A DNA stretch of 64,000 bases. It comes from an uncultured delta proteobacterium (GTDB taxonomy: Bacteria > Myxococcota_A > Polyangia > Polyangiales > Polyangiaceae). Shown one piece after another: positions 27,751 through 37,634 of the stretch (position 1 is its first letter; each line of letters opens with the position of its first letter). The position numbers and the translations under genes are program-made. The stretch spans positions 512,001-576,000 of the forward strand of contig CAVOKF010000004.1 of assembly GCA_963696385.1 (NCBI GenBank), written 5' to 3'. The notes under the pieces were generated by a model. That model had not been told where the DNA came from. It saw only the letters and a program-made list of their open reading frames with translations, and did no database searches.

Positions 27751-29259
27751 TCAACGCGCCAGGTACGACATGAGCGACGACACCTCGTTCGCGGCGGTGC
27801 GCGCGTCCTCGATGCGGATTTCCCCGGACTGCACGCGGTCCGCGAGGCACCGCTCCAGCGAGAGCATCCCTTCGCGCTTGCCGGACTGGATGGTTGAGGC
27901 GACCTGGGACGTCTTTCCCTCGCGGATGAGCGACCCGACCGCGTGAGTCACGCGGAGCACCTCGATCACCGGCACGCGGCCCTCCCCCCTCGCCCGCGGG
28001 AGAAGCCGCTGCACCACGATTGCGCGGAGCGAGTCCGCCAGCTGCGTCCGGATCTGCGCCTTTCCTTCGGCTGGAAAGACGTCGACGATCCGCTCAACCG
28101 CCGAGGAGGCCGACCGACTGTGCAACGAAGACAGAATCAAATGCCCGGTTGCGGCTGCCGTAAGAGCAAGGCCGATCGTTTCCTTGTCCCGCATTTCGCC
28201 TAGCAGAAGAACGTCGAGATCTTCCCTCAGCGCGTCGCGGAGGCCCGTGACGAAGTCAGAGACGTCGCGCCCGACCTGACGGCGACGAACCAGGGACGTT
28301 TCCGGTGCGGAGAGGGCAAACTCGATGGGATCCTCGAGCGTCGTGAGCACAATCGAGCGCCGCCGCAGGGCCTCCTGAGCCAGCGCCGCCAGGGTGGTCG
28401 ACTTGCCGGAGCCGGTCGCCCCGCAGACAAGCACGAGCCCGTGGGGCAAGTCCGCGAGGTCTTCGAGCGGAAGGGGCAAGTGGAGAGACGAGAGCAAGGG
28501 CGCCGCGGACGGCAGGAGACGCACGGCCGCGGCAACTCCGGCCGACGACTGGAAGACGTGGACGCGCACTCGTCCGACGCCGACGATATCCCTGGCGGAG
28601 TCGATCGAATGACCGCGCGTCAGGCGTGCGCGCTCACCGTCGTCCAGAGCGAGGATCGTCGTGACGTCTACGCCTGCCGCTCCGTCGAGGCGGTGAAGCT
28701 GGCCGTCCACGCGGATGCAGGGCGGGTCGCCGTCCGCGAGGTGGAGATCGCTCGCCCGAAACGCGGCGGCGCGGTTGACGTAACTCGCGAAGAGCGACGC
28801 GCCCCTTGATTCATCCTGGCGCGCGTGGCGTGCAGGGCCGGCGGAGGGGGAGACGATGTCGCTCGGGGAAGCGGAACGGGAAGGCCCGGATCCCATTGCA
28901 GGAAACGCTTCGGAGGCAGGATGCTGCAGATCGACGGACGCTTCCCGGATGCGCGCGCTGCTGCGCATGAAGATCGTGTCGAACCCTCCCTCGCGGGCGA
29001 TCAAGGTGACCTGGAACGAGCCGAGGCTTGCGCCTTCGTAAGCGATCTCGAGACGGCCCTTGGCGCGCATCGTCTGCTCTCGCTCCGGGGTCAGGATCTC
29101 CCCAAGCAGATCGCGTAGCGTGCCCTCGGATGTGGTTGGGATCGATAGCCGCTTCGCCACGCCGTACGCGAGCATTTTGGGTTCGCGCTCGGTCCCCAGC
29201 CGGAGTTCATTGGCGGCCTGCTGGTTCACGATCGCGAGGAGGCTATCGATCCGCGCCAA
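27751..29259 (-). CDS. pilT: PilT/PilU-family type IV pilus retraction ATPase with an extra N-terminal domain
   Basis: ASDLHL, GATGSGKST, EDPIE, LREDLDVLLLGEMRD, TGHLILSSLH; TTG start. Confidence 0.85.
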   Translation of the reverse strand: MARIDSLLAIVNQQAANELRLGTEREPKMLAYGVAKRLSIPTTSEGTLRDLLGEILTPEREQTMRAKGRLEIAYEGASLGSFQVTLIAREGGFDTIFMRSSARIREASVDLQHPASEAFPAMGSGPSRSASPSDIVSPSAGPARHARQDESRGASLFASYVNRAAAFRASDLHLADGDPPCIRVDGQLHRLDGAAGVDVTTILALDDGERARLTRGHSIDSARDIVGVGRVRVHVFQSSAGVAAAVRLLPSAAPLLSSLHLPLPLEDLADLPHGLVLVCGATGSGKSTTLAALAQEALRRRSIVLTTLEDPIEFALSAPETSLVRRRQVGRDVSDFVTGLRDALREDLDVLLLGEMRDKETIGLALTAAATGHLILSSLHSRSASSAVERIVDVFPAEGKAQIRTQLADSLRAIVVQRLLPRARGEGRVPVIEVLRVTHAVGSLIREGKTSQVASTIQSGKREGMLSLERCLADRVQSGEIRIEDARTAANEVSSLMSYLAR

Positions 29260-29429
29260 CTCAAAGCTCCCGCGCGGTGGCGTAGCCTTTCGAGGGCCCG
29301 CCGTCTCGTCGATCCATCGATTTATCCGCGATCGACCTCATCCGTACTGGAAGCGGGTCCAGGGCCGGCGCTGGACCCCGACACCGCCGGCCGGTTCGAG
29401 ACTGGACCCTGGGCAAGCGCCGTGTTGGC

Positions 29430-30656
29430 ATGTCTTGCATGAGTCGCTCGACCGTTCTCCGCCATTGCCGGGCGCTCGAATGGGCCATCGCGGTGCGCTG
29501 TTCGGCGGCCTTGTGCGTTACGTTGGCGCTCTGGGCCTTTTGGGGGTGCGGGTCGCCGGGGTCCACCGTTGCCGATGGGGGGAGTCCGCTCGATGGCGGC
29601 CGGTCATCGGTGACCGCGGCGGATAGCGACGTGGAGGGCGGCGACGGGGGGGGCGGTCCAGGCCCGGGCAACGACTCCGGCGCCTCCGACGACAGCGGAG
29701 AGGACGCCGGCTGTACCTGGAACCTTGGCACGGGAGTGCCCGAGGGCGCCGCTCCCACGCTCGACAACTCAGCGGACATGACAGGAGCAACATTCGGGAC
29801 CGACGCCTTCGATGCCGCCCAGCAGCGCCGCACGGTGCCGCTCGACGTCACGACGTCGCTGCCCGGACTCTCGTTGGGGGAAGCCTATTTGACTGGACTC
29901 GCCTCGACCCCAGAGGCCGCGTATCTGATCCTCGCCGTCACCAATTCGGGAACGGACTTCCCGTGTTTCGTTCAGACGACGGCGTACAACTGGCTGAGTG
30001 CGACCGGTGACGTTCTCAACTCCGCGTGCGCCATCTACCTCGACGGCTCGGTCGGATCGGTGTCGAGCTTGGTCAATTCGGAGACGTGCCTCGCCCCCGG
30101 CGAGACAGGCTATTTGACGGATGTCCAACTCGCAACGAGCGGCTCTCTCTACTCAGAGGTGGCGTCGATCCAAATCGGATTGGAGTCGACAGCCACCGGG
30201 AGCACCCCGACCTCAAAACTGCTGCCCACTCGTTACGACGTCGGAACGTGCGCGGGTGTACGCACGGTGCGTATCGAGGGAACTGCGAGCGATCCCGGGG
30301 TCTCGGTTGGCAACTTCGGCGGGGACCTCGCGCCCACCGTCTTTCTCGATGCGGCCGGCCTCCCGGTCCGGTGGTCCTTGTTTTCGCAGATGCAAGCGGC
30401 CAATGTTGCGTCCGGGGCCACCGCGTATTTCACGGATAATTTAGCGGAACCGGCGGTGTCGAGGGCGCTCGTCTTTCTGTCCTTCGAGCCACCCGACCCT
30501 ACACTCATGAGTCTGTCGACGAACCTGCTTCACGAGATGCGGGCGGCGCACGCCGCCCGGCGCGAACGGGCGCGACGATGGCAGCTTGCGGTCGGATCCT
30601 TGTCTTCATGGCGATCGCCCGTGGCGACGCGCCTGCCCGCGGCTTCATCCCCGTAG
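29430..30656 (+). CDS. Hypothetical exported/lipoprotein
   Basis: Hydrophobic stretch ending FWGC, DGG-rich linker, beta-rich domain. Start is uncertain. Confidence 0.7.
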   Translation: MSCMSRSTVLRHCRALEWAIAVRCSAALCVTLALWAFWGCGSPGSTVADGGSPLDGGRSSVTAADSDVEGGDGGGGPGPGNDSGASDDSGEDAGCTWNLGTGVPEGAAPTLDNSADMTGATFGTDAFDAAQQRRTVPLDVTTSLPGLSLGEAYLTGLASTPEAAYLILAVTNSGTDFPCFVQTTAYNWLSATGDVLNSACAIYLDGSVGSVSSLVNSETCLAPGETGYLTDVQLATSGSLYSEVASIQIGLESTATGSTPTSKLLPTRYDVGTCAGVRTVRIEGTASDPGVSVGNFGGDLAPTVFLDAAGLPVRWSLFSQMQAANVASGATAYFTDNLAEPAVSRALVFLSFEPPDPTLMSLSTNLLHEMRAAHAARRERARRWQLAVGSLSSWRSPVATRLPAASSP

Positions 30657-30744
30657 CGACCCCGGCATGGCCTCGCTCGAGGGAACATGCATCGACCACA
30701 CGTCTTACGACCCGTCGTTCGCGGGTCTCCGGCGCCGAGACGAC

Positions 30745-31974
30745 TCAAGGTTGGCAGTCCGCTCCCACCGCGTTGCTGGCACTGCATCTTGAATTTGCTG
30801 GGCAACTGCCGGAATCGTCGGCGGTCCCCGCGAGACTGCAGGCCGCGAGGCACGTTCCCGAAAGTCCCGGGTTCTGCGTTACGAACCCTGTCGCCGAGCC
30901 GCCGTCGGCCCCCATCAGCTCGACGGGCTCGAAGGCATCGCAAACGAAACCGGCCGGGCATGTGGCCGTGGTCGAGTCGGTGATACAAAATTGGGTGCAA
31001 TAGCCGGCGTCACTCCCGGCAACCAGCTCGCAATTGCACTGCGCGTCTTGCGAGTTCATTGCGAGGTCCGCAGAGGTGCACGGCGTGCCCGTTGTCAACG
31101 AAGGGACCACCGTGCTGATGCAGTTCCCTACGTCCGTCTGGCACGCACTGCCGGTGGGGCAATCCGAGTTCTGGGTGCAGCCACCCCAACAAAATCCGAT
31201 GCCAAGGGCCCCGCCGTCGTCGGTTCCCGTTGCAGTTTGCGGGGGCAAGAAAATATAAGGTTGGCAGACGTCGTTCAGTTGGCACGCGGGAGCGGATCCG
31301 TTGGACCCAACGGCGACCGTCCCGTCTGCCGCAAACCGGCACCAGGGCAAACAGATGCCCGCTTGGCTCATGCCCAGCGCGGCGACCGGGACGCCGGGGT
31401 TGGGGATGCATACCCCAGGCGACGACGGGTCGTCCTTGCCGTCGCAGTAATGAAGGGCATTGTCGTTCACGAAGGTGCAAGTGCTCAGACAAATGGGCGT
31501 GGGGTAGACGACCGCCAAGAAGATCGCTTCCGACAGCGAACACGTGTTGATCCCCGGTCCGTTGGCCGCCCGGCAGTCGTCATCGGACTGGCATACTCGT
31601 CCAACCGTTCCATCGTAGAGCAATTGGTTGCCCATCCCCGCTTCGCCGGACGCGGCGGCCCCGTCGCCCGTCGCGATCGTGGCTGAACCAGTACTCGATG
31701 AGCCCGCGCTCGATCCCGACGCTCCATCGGAATGAATCGTAAATGCGAGGACATCGTCCCCCGCATCCATAGCGGAGGACTCGCCGTCCGGACTGGGCTG
31801 CCCCTTGCAGCCGCTGGCCACGAGCAGCGCGATACCGGCAACGTACACGTACCGGACCCGTTCCGGTGTCCATCCCGACAAGGGGGCCAAGCGATGCCTC
31901 CGACGGGCCGATCCGTCCGTCTGACCCGAGCCTCGCGCAACGCGAGCCAGCCTACGTCCGAATGATTGCGTCAA
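30745..31974 (-). CDS. Cys-rich hypothetical lipoprotein
   Basis: LLVASGC lipobox; many CxxxxxCP-type Cys modules. The true start is probably downstream of 31974. Confidence 0.75.
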   Translation of the reverse strand: MTQSFGRRLARVARGSGQTDGSARRRHRLAPLSGWTPERVRYVYVAGIALLVASGCKGQPSPDGESSAMDAGDDVLAFTIHSDGASGSSAGSSSTGSATIATGDGAAASGEAGMGNQLLYDGTVGRVCQSDDDCRAANGPGINTCSLSEAIFLAVVYPTPICLSTCTFVNDNALHYCDGKDDPSSPGVCIPNPGVPVAALGMSQAGICLPWCRFAADGTVAVGSNGSAPACQLNDVCQPYIFLPPQTATGTDDGGALGIGFCWGGCTQNSDCPTGSACQTDVGNCISTVVPSLTTGTPCTSADLAMNSQDAQCNCELVAGSDAGYCTQFCITDSTTATCPAGFVCDAFEPVELMGADGGSATGFVTQNPGLSGTCLAACSLAGTADDSGSCPANSRCSASNAVGADCQP

Positions 31975-32067
31975 GGTTGCCTACCACGGCATGTTGGCAC
32001 GGCTTGCTTGAACGGATCGAAGGTTTTGGGCTCCCATGAACGGCAAGCTCGATAGTCGGCCCGTGCG

Positions 32068-33483
32068 TCATCCCCTCGCGAGACGTCCCAGGCGGGTGAT
32101 CGCGCCGAGGGTCCTTTCGTCCCATCCGTGTGCAAAACTCAGGCGGATGAAGTTCCGGTATTTCTCGCGCGCCGAAAAGAGCGGACCGGGGGCGATGCTG
32201 ATGCCCTCTGCGAGCGCCCGCCTGTAGAGCGCGATGGCATCGACGTTCTTGGGTAGTTCGAGCCATGCAACGAAGCCGCCGGCCGGACGGGTGATGCGCG
32301 TGTCGCGCGGGAAGTGCTTTGCGACGAGCTCGATGAGTCGGTCGCGCGATTGCCGGTATGCCGCCTTTGCGGAGCGCAGGTGACGATCGTGACCGCCGGT
32401 CGCGAGGTATTGCGCCACCGCGATTTGCGGCAGCGTCGCGCAAGCCATGTTGCTGACCAGCTTGAGCGAGCTCACCTCATTGATCCAGCGCCCCGGTACG
32501 GCCCAGCCGACCCGCAGCCCCGGTGCGATCGACTTGGATACGGACGAGCAAAGCAGAACCTGGCCCCGTACGTCCCACGACTTGATCGCGCGTGGCCTCG
32601 ACGGGCCGTAAACGAGTTCGCCGTAGATGTCGTCCTCGATGAGGGGAACGTCGTGGGCCTCGAGCATTCGCAAGAGCGCGACCTTGCACTCGTCGGGCAT
32701 CACGTAGCCGAGGGGATTGCTGGCGTGCGGCGTCAGCACCACGCCCTTCACGGAGAACTGCTCGATCGCCATCTCGACCGACTCGAGCCCGATCCCTGTC
32801 TCGGGGTGGGTTGGGATCTCGATCGCACGCAGACCGAGCGAGCGGATCGCGTGCAGCGTACCGTAGAAGGTCGGCGACTCGACGGCGATCGTATCTCCGG
32901 GTCGGGAAATCGCCCGTAAACACAGTACGACCGCTTCCTGGCAGCCGCTCGTGATGACCACGTCGTCGGGGGTCATCGAGCAGCCCGCATCGATCCCTCG
33001 GCGGGCAATCTGGACGCGCAACTCGCGGTATCCGGGCGGCACCTCGTATGCGAGAGCGCGCGCTCCGAACGCGCGCGCGACGCTCGGCATGAGCCTTCGG
33101 ACAGCGCGAGGCGCGTCGAGCCGGACATCGGGCGTAGCGCTCCCGAAGGCCACGAGCCTCGGGTCGGATGCCGCGTGGACCACCTCCATGGCGATCGCGC
33201 CGACCGAGACCTCGGTCGGTGAGGCGCGCGGGCGCGACATCGCGGGCGCGTCCGGAGTCCGAGCGGTGATTCGAACGTAAAACCCCGACTGAGGTCGGCT
33301 CTCGATGAGCCCACGGTCGAGGAGCTGACCGTAAGCCTCGAGCACAGTCGAGATGCTGATCGCGAGGCGCCGCGCCGTCTCCCTCACCGAAGGGAGACGA
33401 TCTCCGGGGGCGTAGAGGCCCTCGGCAATCTCGCGCGCCAGAGTCTCGGCGACGCGCGCGTACAACGTTAGTGCGGAGGCCAA
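32068..33483 (-). CDS. MocR/GabR-family regulator (GntR wHTH + PLP aminotransferase domain)
   Basis: GDRLPSVR...SISTVLEAY; ESPTFYG, IEDDIY, SVSKSIAPGLRVGW. TTG start at 33483 preceded by GAGGGG. Confidence 0.92.
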   Translation of the reverse strand: MASALTLYARVAETLAREIAEGLYAPGDRLPSVRETARRLAISISTVLEAYGQLLDRGLIESRPQSGFYVRITARTPDAPAMSRPRASPTEVSVGAIAMEVVHAASDPRLVAFGSATPDVRLDAPRAVRRLMPSVARAFGARALAYEVPPGYRELRVQIARRGIDAGCSMTPDDVVITSGCQEAVVLCLRAISRPGDTIAVESPTFYGTLHAIRSLGLRAIEIPTHPETGIGLESVEMAIEQFSVKGVVLTPHASNPLGYVMPDECKVALLRMLEAHDVPLIEDDIYGELVYGPSRPRAIKSWDVRGQVLLCSSVSKSIAPGLRVGWAVPGRWINEVSSLKLVSNMACATLPQIAVAQYLATGGHDRHLRSAKAAYRQSRDRLIELVAKHFPRDTRITRPAGGFVAWLELPKNVDAIALYRRALAEGISIAPGPLFSAREKYRNFIRLSFAHGWDERTLGAITRLGRLARG

Positions 33484-33484
33484 A

Positions 33485-33522
33485 CTGTACCCCTCGTGAT
33501 TGGGCCATTCTGCATCTGTACC
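33485..33522. promoter_or_regulatory. Direct repeat CTGTACC x2, candidate MocR operator
   Basis: CTGTACC at 33485-33491 and 33516-33522 (31 bp apart) in the divergent intergenic region. Confidence 0.55.
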
Positions 33523-33577
33523 GGGCACCATGATGCCTGCATCGTCCTTTCCAGCAAACCTCGAAAGGACGGTACCC

Positions 33578-34486
33578 ATGGGATTTCCCGCCATCTGGAT
33601 GAACGGGCGCATCGTCGCTCCCGCCGACGCCCGCGTTTCGATCTTCGACCACGGACTGCTTTACGGTGACGGCGTGTTCGAAGGGATTCGCTTCTACGGC
33701 GGGCGCCCCTTCCGGCTCGACGCGCACCTCGGCCGTCTCGAGCGGTCCGCCGCGGCGATCCACCTGCCGCTGGCGCACCCGCGCGATTCGTTGCGGGCTG
33801 CGATCGACGCGGTCATCGCGGAAGCCGGCGCGCCGGACGGTTATCTCCGGCTGATCGCTACGCGTGGCGAGGGCGACCTGGGGCTCGATCCGCGCTCGTG
33901 CAGGGATCCGACTACGGTCGTGGCCGCAGCGCCCTTGCGCGCTTTCGGGGGAGCGGGGGGCGCGCAGTTCGGCATCACCGCGATCGTGGCCTCCACACGG
34001 CAGGCGCCGCCCGACGTGATCGACGCCCGAATCAAGAGCCTCAACTATCTGAACCGATTGCTCGCCCGCATCGAGGCGGTCCGCGCGGGGGCGGACGAGG
34101 CCTTCGTGCTGAACCGGCAGGGCCAGCTCGGGGAGGGCACGACCGATAACGTGTTCCTCGTGCGCGACGGGATCCTGCTCACACCTCCGGCGCGCGACGG
34201 AGCGCTCGAGGGAATCACGCGAGGCGTAGTGTTCGAGCTTGCGAACGACCTCGGAGTCCCTTTGCGGGAGGAATCGCTAGGAACCTATGACTTGCATGTC
34301 GCGGATGAGGTGTTCGTCGCTGGAACTGGCGCGGAGCTCGTGGCCGTTCGGACGATCGACGGTCGTTCGCTCAGGACATGCCCGGGCCCCATCTTCCGCC
34401 GGCTTGCCGAGGCTTTTGAAGTCCTCGTCCGTCGCGAGACGTCCGATCCCAGCCGAGGATCGCCTTCCGCATCGGCAGGTTCGTAG
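33578..34486 (+). CDS. ilvE: Branched-chain amino acid aminotransferase (class IV PLP)
   Basis: FDHGLLYGDGVFEG, IKSLNYL, EGTTDNVF, LEGITR, GTGAE. Confidence 0.88.
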   Translation: MGFPAIWMNGRIVAPADARVSIFDHGLLYGDGVFEGIRFYGGRPFRLDAHLGRLERSAAAIHLPLAHPRDSLRAAIDAVIAEAGAPDGYLRLIATRGEGDLGLDPRSCRDPTTVVAAAPLRAFGGAGGAQFGITAIVASTRQAPPDVIDARIKSLNYLNRLLARIEAVRAGADEAFVLNRQGQLGEGTTDNVFLVRDGILLTPPARDGALEGITRGVVFELANDLGVPLREESLGTYDLHVADEVFVAGTGAELVAVRTIDGRSLRTCPGPIFRRLAEAFEVLVRRETSDPSRGSPSASAGS

Positions 34487-34773
34487 CCGACGTGCGTCCA
34501 ACCCCCGCCTGCGGTCGTCGTTTCGCCATTTGCGAGACGCTCGATACGCTTGGGGTGCGCGATTCGGCTGCGGGCGGCTTCAATCCCAGAACGGTCCCCT
34601 CGGTCTCGCAGGTCGCCGTGCCCGAGCCCCCAGACGGTCGCCAAGAGGACGCCGCACGGATGGCTCGGCGACCTCGTGGGCAAATCCGTCACGCCACTGT
34701 AAAAATGCGGCACTCGGAATGATTCGGATCGGAAAACTATTTTTGAGCTTCAGGCTACGTTCGTCGCTACGTA

Positions 34774-35334
34774 ATGCACGTGTACGTGCCTCGCCAAGTG
34801 GCGCCCGAACAGCCCGCGGACGACGCAGAGCTTGTCGACCTGATCCGGCGCAGCGACAAAGACGCCTATCGAGTCCTTTACGCGCGCTATGCGCGCTACC
34901 TTGCCGGGGTCATCTTCCGCCTACTGGGCGCCGACCACGAGCTCGACGACATCGTCCAGGAGTCGTTCGTCGACGCCGTGGAGGGGATGGACGGGCTGGA
35001 GGAGGCGGCTCGGCTTCGCTCCTGGCTCGTAACGATCGCGGTCCGAAAAGTGAACCGGGTGCTCTTGGCTCGCCGACGTCGCAGGTGGCTCGAGGGGAGT
35101 TTAGCTATCCTTCTTCCCCACTCGCACACACCTGCCGGGGACTGGTCCGCCGACGAGCTCGTGCGGGCGCTCGATCAGATCCCGCCAAAGCTCCGCATAC
35201 CCTGGACCTTGAGCCGAATCGAGCAACTGGAGCTGACTGACGTGGCGAGCGCCTGCTCCATTTCGGTAGCGACCGCTAAGCGCCGGATCGGCGAAGCAGA
35301 TCAACGCTTACGGAGATGGCTTGATGCTCAGTGA
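34774..35334 (+). CDS. ECF RNA polymerase sigma factor
   Basis: DDIVQESF, LRSWLVTIA (region 2); ALDQIP...SVATAKRRI (region 4). Confidence 0.92.
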   Translation: MHVYVPRQVAPEQPADDAELVDLIRRSDKDAYRVLYARYARYLAGVIFRLLGADHELDDIVQESFVDAVEGMDGLEEAARLRSWLVTIAVRKVNRVLLARRRRRWLEGSLAILLPHSHTPAGDWSADELVRALDQIPPKLRIPWTLSRIEQLELTDVASACSISVATAKRRIGEADQRLRRWLDAQ

Positions 35335-36394
35335 ACACATCGAAAGGCTGCGGAGGCAGATGCTGCCGCCTTGGGACCATCTCCGGGAGCGCCGGGTGCT
35401 GCGCGAAATCGAGCGTAGCCTGGAACTGAGGCAAGCGCGGAGAAGGACCATCCGGCAGGTTGCCGTCGCGGCCTCGGTGTTGCTGATCGTTGCAGCGCCG
35501 TCTGTTACCTACTTGGTAGCGCTGGAGTTCGGAAGGAAACGGGCTCCCGAACGGCCCACCGCACCGGTGCAGGTTGCCGCGAGCCAACTCGTGCCGGCTC
35601 CGGCGCCGGCAGCAAGCTTCGACGTGTTCGAATCTCGTCGGCTGGCCGACGGGACGAATCTCGATCTGTCTCGAAACGCGCGTCTCGACGTTCTGAGCGA
35701 TTCGAAAAAGAAAGTCGAAATCGCACAGAGCGCGGGCTACGTGCGGTACAGCGTGCCGCCTTTGCCCGGGCGATCGTTTCTCGTGGTGGCTCGAGGGGTG
35801 AGAGTGCAAGTGAAGGGTACCCTCTTTGTCGTGGGGGTCGACTCCGACAAGGTCTCGGTCAAGGTCGAGAAGGGGTTGGTGCAGGTCTCTGCGAACAGCG
35901 GCGAGGTCGAGCTGGGCGTTGGCGACGAATTGAGTACCTGGGCCAACGAGGCGGTTCAGCTCGATGCTTCGACGCCATCGAACGGAATGCCGCCGGCCCG
36001 GACCTCGCGGGCTCCCGCCGGGTCGTTTCCTTCAGCGGATGCGCTGTTGGATCGCGCCGACGCCGAGCGGCGGTCGGGCGACCTGGTGGCGGCGGCGGCC
36101 ACTCTGCGATCCGTGCTGGGGCGCTATCCCGATGATCGGCGGGCAGCGCTGGCCTGGTTCACGCTTGGCAAGGTCGAACGCGGTCGCGATCGAGCCGCTG
36201 ACGGCGCGAGGGCGTTTCGCGCCAGCTTCTCGCTCGCTCCGGACGGCCCCCTCGGCGAAGACGCACTTGCGGAAGAGGCCGCGGCATGGGCTGCCGCCGG
36301 CGAGCCGGCGGAGGCGCGGGCCACCGCCGAGCAGTATCTGCAGCGGTTCCCGAATGGGACCCACGCGGCCCGCATGCAACACATCGTCGAATGA
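35324..36394 (+). CDS. FecR-domain anti-sigma factor with C-terminal TPR
   Basis: Single TM; LADGT, VQVKGTLFVV, VEKGLVQV; TPR helices ending YLQRFPNGTHA. Confidence 0.88.
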   Translation: MLSEHIERLRRQMLPPWDHLRERRVLREIERSLELRQARRRTIRQVAVAASVLLIVAAPSVTYLVALEFGRKRAPERPTAPVQVAASQLVPAPAPAASFDVFESRRLADGTNLDLSRNARLDVLSDSKKKVEIAQSAGYVRYSVPPLPGRSFLVVARGVRVQVKGTLFVVGVDSDKVSVKVEKGLVQVSANSGEVELGVGDELSTWANEAVQLDASTPSNGMPPARTSRAPAGSFPSADALLDRADAERRSGDLVAAAATLRSVLGRYPDDRRAALAWFTLGKVERGRDRAADGARAFRASFSLAPDGPLGEDALAEEAAAWAAAGEPAEARATAEQYLQRFPNGTHAARMQHIVE

Positions 36395-37506
36395 CGAGGA
36401 TCCTCCGGGCGAGGTGGCTCGGGGTCGCACTTGCCGCGATCGCGAGTCTGCCCGCGGTTACTGTCGCGGATCTGCCTTCGGGGGCCTCTTCGCCGGGAGG
36501 GCTGCCCCTGCAAGGCGCGGGGCCGGGCAACTCGGCTTCCGGGATCACCGCGCCCGCTTCGCCGATTGGGTCGGCGCCCCTGCGAGGCCCGGCCGGGGAG
36601 AACCCGACTTCGGGGGTGAGTGTCGCGACCAGCAGCTGCACGAGCCTTCGAGCCGAGCGCATCGAAGAGCTGCTGCGGCTCGAGATCGCGACGCTCGTGC
36701 CGGTCGTCGCGGCGCTTCCGCCACTGGAGGTCGATCTTCTCTGTGAGGGAACCCACGTACGCGTAACGCTTCGCGATCCGGTGACGGTCAAGATCGTCTC
36801 ACGTGACGTATCGATCGGGGGCACGGCTGACCCCGAACGAGCGCTCGCGCTCGCCGCTTCGGAGCTGTTTCTCGCTTCGTGGGCGGAGCTCCTCATCCTG
36901 CAGAGGCCGCACGACAGGACCGCGGCTTCGGACGTCGCAGTGGTTGCGGCCCAAGCAGCCGTCGAACGGGCGATGCCGTCGCGTCCGCACGCTCCGTCAC
37001 CCTTCTTGACGATCGATCTGATGGCGATCGGGCGCGAGAGACACCTTTCGGCACCGCTTCCTACGCTTGGTGCCGCGGTACGTGTCGGTCAAGCGACCGG
37101 AGATCAGCATCAGTTGTTTGCCGTGGCGGGCTGGGAATGGGGCAGCGTGCAGCGACCGTCGGGTCGCGTCGACGTGAACGCGACATCCGCAGGAGCAGGA
37201 ATTCGATGGCGCGTCCACTTCGGAAAGGCGGAGCTCGGCGTGTCAGGCGCCATTTCGGTCGTCTATGTCTCGCTCCAAGGCGTCTCCTCCTCTCTCGATT
37301 ACTTCGGAGCGCGTCGCGATGGCCTAACTGCCGAAGCCGCCGGGACGATCGACGTTGGCGTGACGCTGCGGGCCTTTCGGCTTGGCGCAGCCCTTCAAGG
37401 GGGAGCTCTAGCCCCCGGGCCGGTCGGTCTTGTTGACGGCGCGACGTCGGTTCAGCTGGATGGGGGTTGGGTAGGCGCGACCTGTTTCGCTGGGCTGCTT
37501 TTGTGA
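36391..37506 (+). CDS. Exported protein with probable C-terminal beta-barrel, coupled to ECF/FecR
   Basis: ATGA overlap with the FecR stop; N-terminal hydrophobic signal; alternating beta-strands in the C-terminal half. Confidence 0.7.
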   Translation: MTRILRARWLGVALAAIASLPAVTVADLPSGASSPGGLPLQGAGPGNSASGITAPASPIGSAPLRGPAGENPTSGVSVATSSCTSLRAERIEELLRLEIATLVPVVAALPPLEVDLLCEGTHVRVTLRDPVTVKIVSRDVSIGGTADPERALALAASELFLASWAELLILQRPHDRTAASDVAVVAAQAAVERAMPSRPHAPSPFLTIDLMAIGRERHLSAPLPTLGAAVRVGQATGDQHQLFAVAGWEWGSVQRPSGRVDVNATSAGAGIRWRVHFGKAELGVSGAISVVYVSLQGVSSSLDYFGARRDGLTAEAAGTIDVGVTLRAFRLGAALQGGALAPGPVGLVDGATSVQLDGGWVGATCFAGLLL

Positions 37507-37634
37507 ACGGCCAGCGTCGCTGCCCGTCGCTGCCGGTATTCGTTTCAGCTGCACAAAACCATCCCGAACATAAGAGCGCGCATTTCGGCCGATTGCTCTG
37601 AGCTCCGCACCCGCTGGGCCCGCACTCATGGTTT

